A DNA stretch of 20,000 bases from an uncultured virus (IMG/VR IMGVR_UViG_3300033571_022590) (taxonomy: Duplodnaviria; Heunggongvirae; Uroviricota; Caudoviricetes), in the IMG/VR virus record IMGVR_UViG_3300033571_022590, positions 55,292 through 75,291 of that record; one strand, 5' to 3'. The notes beneath the pieces were generated by a model. It did not search any database, was not told the origin of the DNA, and saw nothing but the letters and a program-made list of their open reading frames with translations. Positions 1 through 8,825 of the stretch are shown one piece after another. The translations under genes were made by a program, and so were the position numbers. The stretch's first letter is position 1. Each line of letters begins with the position of its first letter.

Positions 1-1060
1 TTTGGCAATCAATGGAATCCGCCTGAATTCAAAGCCAGCGTGCGTTATGTTGTGCCCGGTGCCACACAAGTCAAATACATGGATCAGCGTACACGTCGAC
101 TACCACAGCCCGAACTGTTCCGTCACAATTTGCCTGTAGCAAAATTTGACTACTCATGGGAACCCAATCCGTTTGATCCGCCCATGACCTATGTGTTTGG
201 AAATCAATGGAATCCAGCAGTGCTAGAGCCCACGATAGTTTACAGCACTGGCGGCACAGAAATCAAGTATGTGGATGACATTGTGGCCACGATAGCCCAG
301 GAAATGACATCATGGACTCTGTTAGACGATATAGAAACATTTGATTACAGTTGGAGACCCAATCCCACAGATCCGCCTTATATCTATGTGTTTGGAAATC
401 AGTGGCTGACTCCTGAGCAACGTCCGGCTTTGCGTTATGCTGTGCCTGGAGCCACTGAAATCAAATACATGCACGAACCTCGTGCTAGACGTGTAGGCAA
501 TCCTGAACTGTTTGTGCAATTGTATCCTTGTAACTTTGACTGGTCATGGGAACCTGACCCTGGAAGCCCGCCTTATATCTACGTGTTCGGCAATCAATAC
601 TACCCCGCTGAAGTCATGCCCACAGTAGAATATCATGCGCCAGGTGCCACCGAGCGGAAATACATGGACGTGCCCGCACAGCTATTGCCGGATGACACAT
701 CGGCCTGGAAACTGTTGCATACCTGTGAATGGGACAAAACCTGGCGTCCAGAACCAGGAAGTCCGGCCTACATTTATGTGTTTGGTAATCAGTGGTGGCC
801 AGCAGAAAAAATGCCCACAGTAGAATATCACATGCAGGGTGCCACGGAACGCAAGTACATGACAGCGCCTGTGGCTCAACTACCTGTAGACATGACACAG
901 TGGCATGTGCCCGAGGGCGTAGACGTGCGTGACATGGATTTTTCTTGGGTGCCCGATCCTGGTGAACCGCCTTACATATATCAGTTCGCTACACAACATC
1001 AAAAAACTGGTGGACCACAATACCGTGTGCCAGGCGCTGTTGAAGTCAAATACTTGGATA
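1..1060 (+). repeat. Intragenic tandem repeat with 195-nt (65-aa) period
   Basis: FGNQ codons start at 1, 196, 391, 586 and 781 (exact 195-nt spacing), with a degenerate FATQ at 985. The 20-mer atgcccacagtagaatatca occurs exactly at 616-635 and 811-830. Confidence 0.9.
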
Positions 1061-2415
1061 TGATGCGTGCCACAGTCACTAAAGAAGCTGTGCCCATATT
1101 TGAAATTGATCACTTGGATGGCAATGCCGGGCAGATTCCCAATACGGTGCGCCGCGTGCGTTACTTTGACAACTATCGAGACACCTTGATTCGCTTGGCT
1201 AAAAACCTCAAAGGCGAATACGAACATATATGGGTGTGCAGTAGCGTTTGTGATTACACAGACTTTGACTTTAGTTGGCATCCAGAAATCTGGCAAAGCA
1301 CCATGTTACATGTGTTTGCGTCAGACGGGGAAAAGTTTGGTGACACATTTTACATGCATGTGCCTACCTTTGCTGAACGTGCTGAGAAAAAAGAGTTGTT
1401 AGAATGGTACAGTGTAAACTATGTGTCACGTCGGAACGTGCCACGCAGGCCCTTGCCGATGATACAACACAATCATGACACACATGTCGAAGCAGTCAAA
1501 ACCATGACATGGTCTGGGCCTTTGGCAGTGTTTGCCACAGAACCTGTAGAGCGAATTCCTCCTGTGCCACTATGGCGAGAAAAGACTAAAACGGTTGTGC
1601 CACTGAGTAAGGGTGCTAGTCAAGTCATAGTGCCCAAGGTGGCAGTGCCCTATATCAAAACTCAGTTGTATGATTATCCCTACATAGACAAGACACAACG
1701 ACATCTTTGCAAAGAACAACCCTTGGACATAGTCTTCATTGACAACGGCGAACCCAATGCTGAATCTAATTATCAGCACCTGGTGGAAGTGGCCAGCCTG
1801 ACTTGGCGCAATCGTATACACCGCAGTACAGGAGTCACAGGCCGTGTGGCCGCATATCATGCCGCAGCTGAACTAAGTAGCACACCTTGGTTTTTTGCTG
1901 TGTTTGCCAAGTTGCGTGTTGATAAAGATTTTGATTGGTTATGGCAACCAGACCGTATGCAGGAACCCAAGCACTATATCTTCCATGCGTTTAATCCTGT
2001 GAATGGCTTGGAGTATGGGCACCAGGCCATGATTGCCTACAACAAACGATTGGTCCTGGCCAACCCAGGCACAGGACTTGACTTTACCTTGGATTCAGCA
2101 CACGAAGTAGTGCCTATACTATCAGGTACGGCCCACTATACAGATTCGGCTTGGATGGCCTGGCGCACTGCGTTCCGCGAAGTAATCAAACTGCGTCACA
2201 GTTTGCCCAATGTAGAAAACGAATACAGATTAAACAAGTGGCTACAAGAAAACAACGACAATGATCGTGCGATGTACAGTCATTTGGGTGCGCAGGATGC
2301 TGTGGAGTATTACGAATCTGTTAAAGGGGATGAAACAGAACTACGCAAGAGCTATGACTGGGCCTGGTTGGCCAGTTATGCTTTGATCAAACGCAATCTA
2401 ACAGCGAGTCAATAA
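1..2415 (+). CDS. Repeat-containing protein (65-aa W/P/Y-rich repeats) with C-terminal GT-A/glycosyltransferase-like domain; 5'-truncated by window edge
   Basis: Frame is open from base 1 (FGNQWNPPEFKASV...). Repeats FDxSWxPxPxxPPYIYVFGNQW...PGATExKYM. C-terminal LDIVFIDNGEPNAE...AAYHAAAELSSTPWFFAV...NPVNGLEYG...WRTAFREVIKL resembles phage GT2-like domains. Confidence 0.75.
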   Translation, partial: FGNQWNPPEFKASVRYVVPGATQVKYMDQRTRRLPQPELFRHNLPVAKFDYSWEPNPFDPPMTYVFGNQWNPAVLEPTIVYSTGGTEIKYVDDIVATIAQEMTSWTLLDDIETFDYSWRPNPTDPPYIYVFGNQWLTPEQRPALRYAVPGATEIKYMHEPRARRVGNPELFVQLYPCNFDWSWEPDPGSPPYIYVFGNQYYPAEVMPTVEYHAPGATERKYMDVPAQLLPDDTSAWKLLHTCEWDKTWRPEPGSPAYIYVFGNQWWPAEKMPTVEYHMQGATERKYMTAPVAQLPVDMTQWHVPEGVDVRDMDFSWVPDPGEPPYIYQFATQHQKTGGPQYRVPGAVEVKYLDMMRATVTKEAVPIFEIDHLDGNAGQIPNTVRRVRYFDNYRDTLIRLAKNLKGEYEHIWVCSSVCDYTDFDFSWHPEIWQSTMLHVFASDGEKFGDTFYMHVPTFAERAEKKELLEWYSVNYVSRRNVPRRPLPMIQHNHDTHVEAVKTMTWSGPLAVFATEPVERIPPVPLWREKTKTVVPLSKGASQVIVPKVAVPYIKTQLYDYPYIDKTQRHLCKEQPLDIVFIDNGEPNAESNYQHLVEVASLTWRNRIHRSTGVTGRVAAYHAAAELSSTPWFFAVFAKLRVDKDFDWLWQPDRMQEPKHYIFHAFNPVNGLEYGHQAMIAYNKRLVLANPGTGLDFTLDSAHEVVPILSGTAHYTDSAWMAWRTAFREVIKLRHSLPNVENEYRLNKWLQENNDNDRAMYSHLGAQDAVEYYESVKGDETELRKSYDWAWLASYALIKRNLTASQ

Positions 2416-3463
2416 CATACTCAACTTCTAGATCTGTCAGTTCAGGATAGATAGGCAAACACAGGGTTCTGCGACTCAAGGCCGACGCAACACTGAGTAC
2501 ATCGGGTCCTGGAAATTCATCGTAAGCTGGTAGCTCATGCAAGGGTTCCCAAGACAAAATCTTGGTTTCAATTCTGCGTATTTCAAGATTGCGTTGTAGG
2601 ATATCACGCTTGTCTACATCAATCACAAACTTGTTGACAGCATGAGTTCTATGATTGGTCTCGTCTATGAGACTGCGTGCTCGAGTACCACGCAAGCGTT
2701 CCAGCCAATACCCTGCAATTTTACTACGTCTGCGTTGCCAGTCATCTAAGTACCGGGTTTTGACCATGAGTTGGGCACAGTCAACTTCACTCATTCTTGA
2801 ATTGGTGCCAATCATTTGATGATTTGGTTTACCATTGTTGCGCCAACTTCGTGCAAAATCCAACATATTAATATCATCAGTAACTATGGCACCACCGTTG
2901 CCGTAACTGTTGAAATTTTTCATAGGGTCAAAACTTATGGCTGTTACATTGCCCACACGTCTACATGCATCACTGAGCCAGTGCTGAGCACCATCTTCAA
3001 TTATGATAGCATTGTTGTTCAAGTATTCGTGTTTGTTGATGCTTTGCCCATACAAGCCCACGGCCACTGTGGCCTGTACACTTTGTTCACGATCAATTTT
3101 CTTATGATCCATTTGACCGTAGGCATCGGTATCTACTATGGTCACAGTCCAGCCAGCACGTTGAAAGGCATTTATAGTGGCCACATAAGTCATGGCCGGT
3201 ATCAACACACGCGGTGGCCTAGGCATGTAACCTTGAGTGGCATAATATTCGGCAATGATTTCCAAGGCTTGTGTGCCCGAATGACAGGTTACAGCATATT
3301 TGGTACCGTTCTTTTTGGCTAGCCAATTTTCTAATTCGGCTGTGTAGTTGCCGTCCATGAGTCGACCACTGCGTAAAACTTCATCAGTGGCATCTAGTAT
3401 TTCTGTTCTGAGATTGTTATACTGTTTTTTGATTCCAGTAAACGGAATTTGCAAGCCATTCAT
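2387..3463 (-). CDS. DegT/DnrJ/EryC1/StrS family PLP-dependent sugar aminotransferase
   Basis: Motifs SGTQAL, IPAMTYVAT, IIEDGAQ, SFDPMKN (PLP lysine), GNGGAIVT, GTNSRMSE, LCLPIYPEL. Start placed at MNGLQIPF (3463); ORF track starts at 3490. Confidence 0.92.
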   Translation of the reverse strand: MNGLQIPFTGIKKQYNNLRTEILDATDEVLRSGRLMDGNYTAELENWLAKKNGTKYAVTCHSGTQALEIIAEYYATQGYMPRPPRVLIPAMTYVATINAFQRAGWTVTIVDTDAYGQMDHKKIDREQSVQATVAVGLYGQSINKHEYLNNNAIIIEDGAQHWLSDACRRVGNVTAISFDPMKNFNSYGNGGAIVTDDINMLDFARSWRNNGKPNHQMIGTNSRMSEVDCAQLMVKTRYLDDWQRRRSKIAGYWLERLRGTRARSLIDETNHRTHAVNKFVIDVDKRDILQRNLEIRRIETKILSWEPLHELPAYDEFPGPDVLSVASALSRRTLCLPIYPELTDLEVEYVIDSLLDCV

Positions 3464-4385
3464 GATATATTTGAAATCCTTGTTCGACATCTACCTGTGG
3501 ATCATATCCAAAATCTCGCTGTGCTGCTTCTATATTTAACGCACCGCGGCTGGGGAAATCCGCATCTTTGTCGTGAATTTCAATGCGCCCGCGACCTATC
3601 AACTCAACTATTTTTTGTGCGGCTTGTAAAAGTGTAACACTGTGACTCTTGGTGATGTTGTATGTTTTGTTTACTGCGTTTAAACTCAGTGCGGCACCCA
3701 TTATGCCACGAGCGGCATCATCTACATAGGTAAAGTCCAAGGTTTCAGAAGCACCACGCACAGTCAAAGTTTCGTCGCGCATGGCTCGCAACATGAATCT
3801 ACTGATAACACGATCTTCCACATCCAAAGGACCATACACAGCACTGGGACGAATTATGGTATGTGCAAGATTTTTTGTTCTTGTATAGTCGCGAGTGAGC
3901 CACTCACCTGCCAGTTTCATGATACCATACTGTCCTTGTGGCATGCACACAGCATGTTCAGAAACTGCATCTTGAAAATTGCCATACACCATGCTACTAG
4001 ACACATAAACAAATCTTGAAACATCATGACGTGCGCTGGACTCCAATAAATTTATGAGACCCTCCATCATGACTCGGCTGCCCCAGGCCGGATCTGCATT
4101 TACAACTTTCTGTCGGGGAAAACTGGCCAAGTGTATGACACAATCTGGTTTGTGCGTGGACAATAACCAATCAATGCCGGACCGGTCACAGATGTCAATG
4201 CGATAAATTCTGTCAGTAGCAATGTGACGGCGTCGTTCGATTAGCAAGTAGTCAAGTTCAGATTGCGGCACAATGCCGTATGTGGTTTGAATGTCTGTGA
4301 TGACAATTTCGTGCCCTTGAGTTTCCAGCATGGCTACCAGCCTATGCCCGATCAAGCCCAGTCCACCAGTGACCAAGATTTTCAT
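3417..4385 (-). CDS. NAD-dependent epimerase/dehydratase (extended SDR)
   Basis: KILVTGGLGLIG Rossmann motif, VIHLAS, YGIMK (YxxxK), IRPSAVYGP, DFTYVDD. ATG at 4385 forms an ATGA overlap with the upstream ORF stop. Confidence 0.93.
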   Translation of the reverse strand: MKILVTGGLGLIGHRLVAMLETQGHEIVITDIQTTYGIVPQSELDYLLIERRRHIATDRIYRIDICDRSGIDWLLSTHKPDCVIHLASFPRQKVVNADPAWGSRVMMEGLINLLESSARHDVSRFVYVSSSMVYGNFQDAVSEHAVCMPQGQYGIMKLAGEWLTRDYTRTKNLAHTIIRPSAVYGPLDVEDRVISRFMLRAMRDETLTVRGASETLDFTYVDDAARGIMGAALSLNAVNKTYNITKSHSVTLLQAAQKIVELIGRGRIEIHDKDADFPSRGALNIEAAQRDFGYDPQVDVEQGFQIYHEWLANSVYWNQKTV

Positions 4386-4633
4386 TTTGTTTTTTGCCCC
4401 CATTTTAGTTCATGAAACACAGCATCAGCTGAGGATAGTTGTCCTTTGATGTTGACTCTATAACCCATGTAAGTAGGATCTGCATGGCACCAAAACACTG
4501 CTTCTCCCTGCACATGACTCATGCACCACTGTCCGTGTTCGGTTTGTTGCCACTCACCAATGGGCATGGCTGCATATAGATATGGGTCTTCAACATCGCC
4601 CATTCTAAAACTGTGAAAAACTATTTCTGGCAT
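4382..4633 (-). CDS. Small hypothetical phage protein (C-terminal DAVFHELKWG; likely member of the F-x-L-[RK]-W family)
   Basis: 83-aa ORF, ATGA-coupled to the epimerase, with a sigma70-like promoter directly upstream. Confidence 0.75.
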   Translation of the reverse strand: MPEIVFHSFRMGDVEDPYLYAAMPIGEWQQTEHGQWCMSHVQGEAVFWCHADPTYMGYRVNIKGQLSSADAVFHELKWGQKTK

Positions 4634-4638
4634 AGTTT

Positions 4639-4667
4639 ATTATAACAGAACTGCTATTCTGTTGCAA
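4639..4667 (-). promoter_or_regulatory. Sigma70-type promoter TTGCAA-N17-TATAAT, probably giving a leaderless transcript
   Basis: Minus strand: TTGCAA CAGAATAGCAGTTCTGT TATAAT AAACT ATG. The -10 box is 5 nt from the start codon and no Shine-Dalgarno is visible. Confidence 0.65.
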
Positions 4668-5319
4668 CAAACTCTTGGATCATTGGAAAGATTGGAGCGA
4701 TGGCATCGGCGCAGGCCTGTGCCATCTGTCTATGTTCTAGTTGTGTGCCGTTGCCAGACCTTAGTTCGATGTAGTGAACCCAACTTCGCAGGGTGCCTTG
4801 CATGTACAGTCGGCTGGCAGTCATGCCTTCGGGCAACACAGCACGAGCTTGTTCTTTGGCTATGCCACGAGCCAAGGCCCATTGATAAGCACTGCGGGCA
4901 TAGTCTTGAACTTGTTGTTGTTGCTTTAACCAATGTTTCTTTAGACTTTCATCTTCGGTAGCCACACTGTTTTGACGATTGGTGGTGTCTTGCAATCTGG
5001 CTTCGCGGTTTTCAAACTCCACATCAGCCACAGCATAACGCTGACTGAATTCTTGAAAACTAAAACTACGATGTCGCAGAATTTGGCGTGCTATATCTCT
5101 AGTGGTTTCAATTTCCAAACACACACTGACCATTTCCAAGGGACTCCAGTGACCATGCCGGATCAAATAGCGTATGAGTTTTTCGCTGGTTTCAGTGTTG
5201 TGTTGATTTGAAGGATTGCTGACCCGGGCACAGTAAGCCACAAGCTCTTGAGCATTGTTGATGCCTTGAGCTTGTAGTTCTGCGCTGGGTTGACTGTAAC
5301 TAATTAATGCGACTTTCAT
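4654..5319 (-). CDS. thyX: FAD-dependent thymidylate synthase ThyX
   Basis: ThyX signature RHRSFSFQEFSQRY; also AYCARVS, HWSPLE, KEQARAVLP, TQLEH. Confidence 0.97.
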   Translation of the reverse strand: MKVALISYSQPSAELQAQGINNAQELVAYCARVSNPSNQHNTETSEKLIRYLIRHGHWSPLEMVSVCLEIETTRDIARQILRHRSFSFQEFSQRYAVADVEFENREARLQDTTNRQNSVATEDESLKKHWLKQQQQVQDYARSAYQWALARGIAKEQARAVLPEGMTASRLYMQGTLRSWVHYIELRSGNGTQLEHRQMAQACADAIAPIFPMIQEFVATE

Positions 5320-5328
5320 ACATTCTCT

Positions 5329-5979
5329 CTATGTCTTAATCAATGTTGTATCATTTGGCCATCTATTACTAAATTTTTTTCCTTTTAGTTTAAACAATGG
5401 TTTTAGTGTCTGCAAATTTTTTAATTGATACCCATTTTGACAAAACAAACCAATGGTGTTTAAAATATCTTTGCGAGTACTCAAAAAGTTTGTTTCAAAA
5501 TTTATTTGATCCGGGTAATATTCACTTGGTTTATCTTTGAGATATTCTAGAAAAAAATTCAAAATCTGACAGTCAGAACCTTCAGTGTCAATTTTTAAAT
5601 GTTTGATACGACGTATATTTAGATCTGTCAATAGTTTAGCTATTGGTATTTGTGTGATAGTTTGTTTTTCAACCAAGTGTTTGAGATTTTGATGCCTATG
5701 AATTTGATGATATCGACCTATTACAGAACAACCTTTGAGATATTCTTCTAAACCTCGATTTTTTATACTACGATTGCTTATATAAAAAATTTCTACAGTT
5801 TGTTCAATGTTATTTGCAGCTATGGCTGCATTGATTTTAATAACATTAGTGGGGGAAGGTAAATTGTCTAAAAACTCTTTGACTGGTTCAACAACAACGC
5901 CAACAGTGTTGTCATTGGCTTGTTCCACTAAGGTATCAAAATCACATGACCCAATTTCTAAAAAATCTAAGTCAAGCAT
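5329..5979 (-). CDS. FkbM-like SAM-dependent methyltransferase
   Basis: DFLEIGS, VVVEPV, INAAI and LKIDTEGSD are FkbM-type motifs. The gene is visibly AT-rich. Confidence 0.75.
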   Translation of the reverse strand: MLDLDFLEIGSCDFDTLVEQANDNTVGVVVEPVKEFLDNLPSPTNVIKINAAIAANNIEQTVEIFYISNRSIKNRGLEEYLKGCSVIGRYHQIHRHQNLKHLVEKQTITQIPIAKLLTDLNIRRIKHLKIDTEGSDCQILNFFLEYLKDKPSEYYPDQINFETNFLSTRKDILNTIGLFCQNGYQLKNLQTLKPLFKLKGKKFSNRWPNDTTLIKT

Positions 5980-5988
5980 AACATTGTA

Positions 5989-6291
5989 TTATAGTTTGCC
6001 TAATAGTTTGTCGGTTTCTGGTTGTACAATTTTTGCTACGCTGTTTACGTCAACCACAAAGTCAACATCACGAATTTGGTGATCATTTTCTTGAAAATAT
6101 CGAGTCAGTATCTGCTCAACATCCTCTAGATCTAGACCCTGTTTCAACATGGCATGCACGTTCAAGGTTTTTTGGCGGCCTTGTGCCAGTTTTATGACTA
6201 CCTTCTTGATGCACTCAAGTGGAACATCAGTTTTGTTTACGCCTGCAATTATGTTTTCCCATTGAGTCAAAAAATCATCATTGGACTGCAT
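5989..6291 (-). CDS. Hypothetical phage protein
   Basis: 100-aa ORF in the co-oriented minus-strand string, overlapping the upstream stop. Confidence 0.75.
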   Translation of the reverse strand: MQSNDDFLTQWENIIAGVNKTDVPLECIKKVVIKLAQGRQKTLNVHAMLKQGLDLEDVEQILTRYFQENDHQIRDVDFVVDVNSVAKIVQPETDKLLGKL

Positions 6292-6985
6292 CTACCGGCG
6301 CTTTCTTGCGAGCACGTGTCTTTGCGGTTTCTGTTTTGGTTGCCTTGGCATCAGATTTAACCACGCTGGGAAAGATTTTTTCAGCTTCTTTTTTCATTCT
6401 TGCAGCTTCAGCAATCATACCTTTGGCTTCAACTTCCATGCGTTGAGCTTGAGTCAACATGTTGGCGGCTAGAGTGCGATCATCCAAGGCTGCATCCTGT
6501 GGTGCCTGCATGACTTGTCCGCGTGCTTCGGCTGCCAAACGTTGACGTTTGAATTCCTGTTCGGCCTGACGCTTTGTGGCTGGATCAACAAGACCCTGAC
6601 TGGCATTAAGATCGGCCAGTTTCTTGGCCGCATCTGCCCCGCTTTCCATTTCTTTAACGATGCGATTGAGTTCGTCTAGTTTGACTGAGCTTGTGGCAGT
6701 GGGTGTAACAATGACTTGATTTGTTGGTACTTTTTTCAACATGCCTTCACGATGCAAGGCTTCTAGTATCACACGACCATCTGGTAACAGATTACGGTGC
6801 AAGGCATTGGCCAAGGTGTTTTCTTGTTGTCCGCTGGGACTTTCAATCACTTTCATGATTGTGTCATGAATGTGTGTGGGCAACACTTCAGGATATATTA
6901 CCAGACACATGTGATCCTCGCCGGGAATCTCTCTAAAAATAATTGCTACCTTGCGGTCACCATGTCTACCTATGTGTTTAAGCAT
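6278..6985 (-). CDS. Hypothetical phage protein with predicted helical/coiled-coil C-terminus and basic tail
   Basis: Long ORF (track 6278..7018). AGGAG Shine-Dalgarno 6 nt before the ATG at 6985 (MLKHIGRH). Ala/Lys/Glu-rich C-terminus. Confidence 0.8.
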   Translation of the reverse strand: MLKHIGRHGDRKVAIIFREIPGEDHMCLVIYPEVLPTHIHDTIMKVIESPSGQQENTLANALHRNLLPDGRVILEALHREGMLKKVPTNQVIVTPTATSSVKLDELNRIVKEMESGADAAKKLADLNASQGLVDPATKRQAEQEFKRQRLAAEARGQVMQAPQDAALDDRTLAANMLTQAQRMEVEAKGMIAEAARMKKEAEKIFPSVVKSDAKATKTETAKTRARKKAPVDAVQ

Positions 6986-7178
6986 TTTCATCTCCTTGTG
7001 CTTGTTGATTTTGCGCAATCATTTGAGCTTGTGATTGCGCAACAAAAAATTCTAACTTGTCATAAAGCATACCTACAGTGGTGAGTTCTGAGGCTTTGAA
7101 AGCGCCACGAGAATTTGCTGCTTCGATAACTGCTTTGAGACTGGCCATGTCGGCTACGGTAAGTTGTTTGTTTTCCAT
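6978..7178 (-). CDS. Small hypothetical phage protein
   Basis: 66-aa ORF (LTVADMASLKAVIEAANSRGAFKASELTTVGMLYDKL), preceded by TAAATA-N5-ATG. Confidence 0.75.
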   Translation of the reverse strand: MENKQLTVADMASLKAVIEAANSRGAFKASELTTVGMLYDKLEFFVAQSQAQMIAQNQQAQGDENA

Positions 7179-7183
7179 GCAGA

Positions 7184-7189
7184 TATTTA
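7184..7189 (-). promoter_or_regulatory. TAAATA motif (candidate phage late-type promoter element)
   Basis: TAAATA TCTGC ATG. The same 5-nt spacing occurs before the ATG at 19417. Confidence 0.45.
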
Positions 7190-7215
7190 CGACAAAATTA
7201 GAGAGTCAACAAATA

Positions 7216-7240
7216 AAAACACCCCAAATTGGGGTGTTTT
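7216..7240 (-). terminator. Intrinsic terminator after the VWA and membrane-protein genes, possibly bidirectional
   Basis: Perfect inverted repeat aaaacacccca-aat-tggggtgtttt. On the minus strand the GC core is followed by TTTTTATTT. Confidence 0.8.
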
Positions 7241-7256
7241 GGTAAAACTGACCTGT

Positions 7257-7427
7257 TTATTTGCCGTTGAAATACCAGTTGGCTCCGGCGATAGCGAAAC
7301 AAATGATAGCATTGAGCCACTGTCCAGATCCAAAATAAATCAAGCCACTCATGATCATGGCACCAATGATAAACCATGTGATTTGTACTGCGTTGGCAAG
7401 ATACCACAGTCTAAAACGTTCAAGCAT
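7257..7427 (-). CDS. Small membrane protein (two predicted TM helices)
   Basis: Hydrophobic segments AVQITWFIIGAMIMSGLIYF and WLNAIICFAIAGANWYF. ATG at 7427 overlaps the VWA stop region (track start 7454). Confidence 0.7.
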   Translation of the reverse strand: MLERFRLWYLANAVQITWFIIGAMIMSGLIYFGSGQWLNAIICFAIAGANWYFNGK

Positions 7428-8712
7428 GTGCTGTTTCCTTTTCATAGTAAGCATACTGACCCCAGGGTGGAATCACAGTAGTATTACCGTGTATGATCCA
7501 CACTGTGTCAGCATAGTTTTCGTCACCCCACGAACCAAATGGGTAACCGTCGGTGAATACCACCAAGCGTTTGGGTTCGATTTGTTCTTCTTTCAAATAG
7601 CTGAATATGCAATCAAAGTCAGTGCCTCCTCCGCCCTTGACTTCGTAGTCACAGATGGTATCCAAATTATCTGAGTTGTAGGTAGCTGGATTGTAGGTTT
7701 GTGTATCAAAGGTAAAGATATGTATCTTGTAGCTCTGGAACTGGTCCATGATGCCCTGGGTTTCGCTCAAGAAATCCTTGAGCATGCGCTCGTCGATACT
7801 ACCACTTGCGTCAATACCTATGGCTATGTCAATCAACTCATCATTCTTCATACCGGGCATGACAGCATCCATGTGCCAACCACGTCGGCTGGCACGCATC
7901 CAGGTAAAGTCCGACTTGATGGTACTTTCCAACTGCATACGCAACAACTCACGCCAGTTCATCTTGGGTGCGGTCATGTCCTGGATAAGACGCTTGACAC
8001 CTGCAGGCAAGTTACCTGCACCATCACTGGCAGCCGCTGCCGCTAGGACTGCTTCTTTGATCTCATCGCGGATCTTTTGGCGTTCTTCGGCTGAAATCTT
8101 GGGACGACCTTTGCCCTTGCCATCTTTGTCGTCACCATCGCCTTCGCTTTCGCCGTCACCCTCGCCATCCAAGTGATCGTCCAAGAGCTTGTCGATGAGA
8201 TCACTCAAGCTGATTTTTTCTGCATTCTTGTACAGATCGTCGTAGATTTCTTCCGAACTCATGCCTTCATACTTTGAATCATACAGGCAGGGCACTGACG
8301 TGATAAACTCGCCTACTCGATGTTTCTTCAAGTCTGCATTGACCGCAAAGTCGTTGGCTACATTGAACAGTTGATGATCTCTGTCACCTCGGCGTCCAAA
8401 GTGATCATACACGCAGTGAAGCACCTCATGTCCAAACAAGAACTCGATCTCTTTGGGACGGAGCATGTCAATGAATCTGCTGTTGTAGTAGAAGTTACGA
8501 CCATCCGTGGCTGCGGTTCCGCACCATTCGTCAGCGTTGACTAACTTGAGTCGAGTGGCCAGGTTGCCAAAAAATGAAGCACGTAGCAACAATCCTACAC
8601 GGGCTGTGATCAGCTTTTCACGAACTTCACGATCCAATTTGGGATCCATGGGACCAACAAGATCTTTGAACTTGTCTGCTTCTTTTTTGTTTTGTGAAGT
8701 TGCTGTGCTCAT
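7420..8712 (-). CDS. Putative metallopeptidase (HExxH) plus VWA domain protein (DUF2201-like), the usual partner of MoxR-like AAA+ ATPases
   Basis: TAATDG, HEVLH zincin motif, acidic/Gly linker, MIDAS DASGS, GGGGT and VFTDG. AGGAG Shine-Dalgarno upstream. Confidence 0.9.
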   Translation of the reverse strand: MSTATSQNKKEADKFKDLVGPMDPKLDREVREKLITARVGLLLRASFFGNLATRLKLVNADEWCGTAATDGRNFYYNSRFIDMLRPKEIEFLFGHEVLHCVYDHFGRRGDRDHQLFNVANDFAVNADLKKHRVGEFITSVPCLYDSKYEGMSSEEIYDDLYKNAEKISLSDLIDKLLDDHLDGEGDGESEGDGDDKDGKGKGRPKISAEERQKIRDEIKEAVLAAAAASDGAGNLPAGVKRLIQDMTAPKMNWRELLRMQLESTIKSDFTWMRASRRGWHMDAVMPGMKNDELIDIAIGIDASGSIDERMLKDFLSETQGIMDQFQSYKIHIFTFDTQTYNPATYNSDNLDTICDYEVKGGGGTDFDCIFSYLKEEQIEPKRLVVFTDGYPFGSWGDENYADTVWIIHGNTTVIPPWGQYAYYEKETAHA

Positions 8713-8741
8713 ACTACTCCTATTGTTTAACTGTATATGTT

Positions 8742-8770
8742 ATTATAGCAAAAATTGATTTATTGGTCAA
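8742..8770 (-). promoter_or_regulatory. Consensus sigma70 (early) promoter for the VWA gene
   Basis: Minus strand: TTGACC AATAAATCAATTTTTGC TATAAT (17-nt spacer). Confidence 0.8.
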
Positions 8771-8806
8771 ATCCTTTAATTTACTGTACAAGAGCTAGGC
8801 ATTCCA

Positions 8807-8816
8807 TAAATATTTA
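8807..8816. promoter_or_regulatory. Palindromic TAAATATTTA (TAAATA on both strands) in a divergent intergenic region
   Basis: The plus-strand TAAATA lies 13 nt before the radical SAM ATG at 8826. Confidence 0.4.
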
Positions 8817-8825
8817 CTATCCCTT

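Noticed and set aside
1..1060. Repeats as a CRISPR array or a DGR template/variable pair
   Set aside because: The repeats are in-frame protein repeats that are degenerate at the DNA level. There is no repeat-spacer pattern, differences are not adenine-specific, and no cas or reverse transcriptase gene is in the window.
2816..3637. Plus-strand ORFs opposite the aminotransferase and epimerase
   Set aside because: Antisense shadows of genes with strong family motifs.
7164..8758. Plus-strand and alternate-frame ORFs (7164..7481, 7198..7407, 7351..7674, 7699..8046, 7748..8176, 8320..8544, 8507..8758)
   Set aside because: Shadow ORFs of the VWA and membrane-protein genes; some run across the terminator.
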